From assembly GCA_965223945.1 (NCBI GenBank), contig CBDCXW010000005.1, positions 2,244-66,243 on the forward strand: a stretch of 64,000 nucleotides of DNA, written 5' to 3'. This DNA comes from Dehalococcoidia bacterium. Its GTDB lineage: Bacteria; Chloroflexota; Dehalococcoidia; Lucifugimonadales; CATQGZ01. This document shows positions 63,105 through 64,000 of this stretch, one piece after another (within the stretch, counting starts at the first letter, position 1; the number at the start of each line of letters is the position of its first letter). A program made the position numbers and the translations under genes. The notes below the pieces were generated by a model. The model was not told the DNA's origin, ran no database searches, and saw nothing but the letters and a program-made list of their open reading frames with translations.

Positions 63105-63959
63105 CTACGCCTCATCACCTCCCGAATCTCCGCTGGACGGCCGCGGCGAGCACCGCCGGGCCGTAGTGATGAAGCCGGTGTGAGAGACCATGCGGTGCGA
63201 GGGACGCACACTCCGTCCTCCGACCTCCCACGGCCGCATCAGCACCTCCATGGTCTCTATCATCTCGAAAGTTCTCTGTTTTCTCAAGGCGTCGGCCAGA
63301 TCGTGCACTTGAAGGATAGTCGGCAGGAAGCTCAGCAGTATGCCGCCCGGCGCCAGCGCTTCGGACACATGGGGGACTGCGTGCCACGGCTCCGGCAGGT
63401 CGAAAACGATCCTGTCCAACCCATCCTGCTCGATCCCCTCGTACACGTCGCCAAGCTTCAGGGTCAGGTTCGCGGCCCCGGGCAACATGTCCTCGACGTT
63501 CGACCTCGCCCGCCTGATCATGTCCTCCCGCACGTCGTAGGAGTAGACGTGGCCGCCCTCTCCGACAGCGCGCAACAACGCGATTGTAACCGCCCCGGAC
63601 CCGGTTCCCGCCTCCAGCACCCTCGCGCCTGGAAAGATGTCCCCATAGATGAGGATCGGCCCAAGGTCCTTCGGGTACACGACCGTGGCGATGCGAGGCA
63701 TCAGCCGGACGAAGTCGGCCATGGTCGGCCTTACCGCCAGTAGCCAGTGCCCCTGAGACGTGACGAGTCTGGACCCGTCCTCGCGGCCCAGCAGGTCAGA
63801 GTGGGCGAAGTTGCCCAGGTGCGTGTGAAACGTCCCGGCGGCGTCAAGCTTTATCAGGTACCTGCGCCCTTTGCGGTCCGTTATCAGCGCCTGGTCGCCC
63901 TCGCGAAAGTGGCTCCGAGTCTCAGTCAAAGGTGGCCCTCCGCGGAGAGGCCCGGCCAT
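63105..63959 (-). CDS. trmI: tRNA (adenine-N1)-methyltransferase (TrmI/Gcd14 family)
   Basis: N-terminal beta-domain FREGDQALITDRKGRRYLIKL..G.FHTH.G...H..L. SAM-binding VLEAGTGSGAVTIALLRAVG..GHVYSYD. Also DRIVFDLPEPW. Confidence 0.85.
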   Translation of the reverse strand: MAGPLRGGPPLTETRSHFREGDQALITDRKGRRYLIKLDAAGTFHTHLGNFAHSDLLGREDGSRLVTSQGHWLLAVRPTMADFVRLMPRIATVVYPKDLGPILIYGDIFPGARVLEAGTGSGAVTIALLRAVGEGGHVYSYDVREDMIRRARSNVEDMLPGAANLTLKLGDVYEGIEQDGLDRIVFDLPEPWHAVPHVSEALAPGGILLSFLPTILQVHDLADALRKQRTFEMIETMEVLMRPWEVGGRSVRPSHRMVSHTGFITTARRCSPRPSSGDSGGDEA

Positions 63960-64000
63960 GCCGTTCCAATCTGCTAGGACTCAGAAGGAGTTCCCAAATT

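Noticed and set aside
1-64000. tRNA, rRNA, tmRNA genes and rho-independent terminators
   Set aside because: Scanning the intergenic regions by eye found no cloverleaf-compatible sequence (no GTTCGAATC-type T-arm in a non-coding context). It also found no convincing GC-stem plus T-tract terminator. REP hairpins may serve that role, but this is not demonstrable here.

Overview
High-GC (roughly 60-65% by eye) bacterial chromosomal segment. Gene content (F420-type LLM oxidoreductase, many Gfo/Idh/MocA and amidohydrolase genes, DUF1501/DUF1800) suggests a Chloroflexota-like organism, but taxonomy is an unverified guess. Layout, left to right: (1) 1-3.0 kb is saturated with a modular REP-like palindromic repeat family. 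It also invades a CCA/poly(A)-polymerase-family gene in frame. (2) 3.1-16.5 kb is an ABC-transporter-dependent glycan locus: Wzm/Wzt-like transporter, two tandem paralogous giant coiled-coil glycosyltransferases (one with an N-terminal methyltransferase), a heparinase II/III-like lipoprotein gene split by an IS110-family element, wecB, wecC and a GT4. (3) A heterodimeric ABC exporter pair follows, the second gene frameshifted. (4) DUF1501/DUF1800/NHL cluster, then lutABC. (5) A carbohydrate/peptide catabolic stretch contains a visibly lower-GC islet encoding a repeat-bearing protein with a candidate HEPN Rx4H motif. (6) An IS481-family element sits inside a REP unit. (7) Divergent Phd-VapC and MazEF toxin-antitoxin modules lie next to hpf. 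(8) glyA and rnc are followed by an IS5-family element, two decayed glutamine synthetase remnants, and intact gltB-gltD. (9) Housekeeping and redox genes run to the end (citrate synthase, MidA-like methyltransferase, TrmI). No rRNA, tRNA or CRISPR array was recognised. All functional calls rest on motif and architecture recognition by eye; no searches were run. Many long antisense ORFs in the track are treated as GC-rich frame artefacts.
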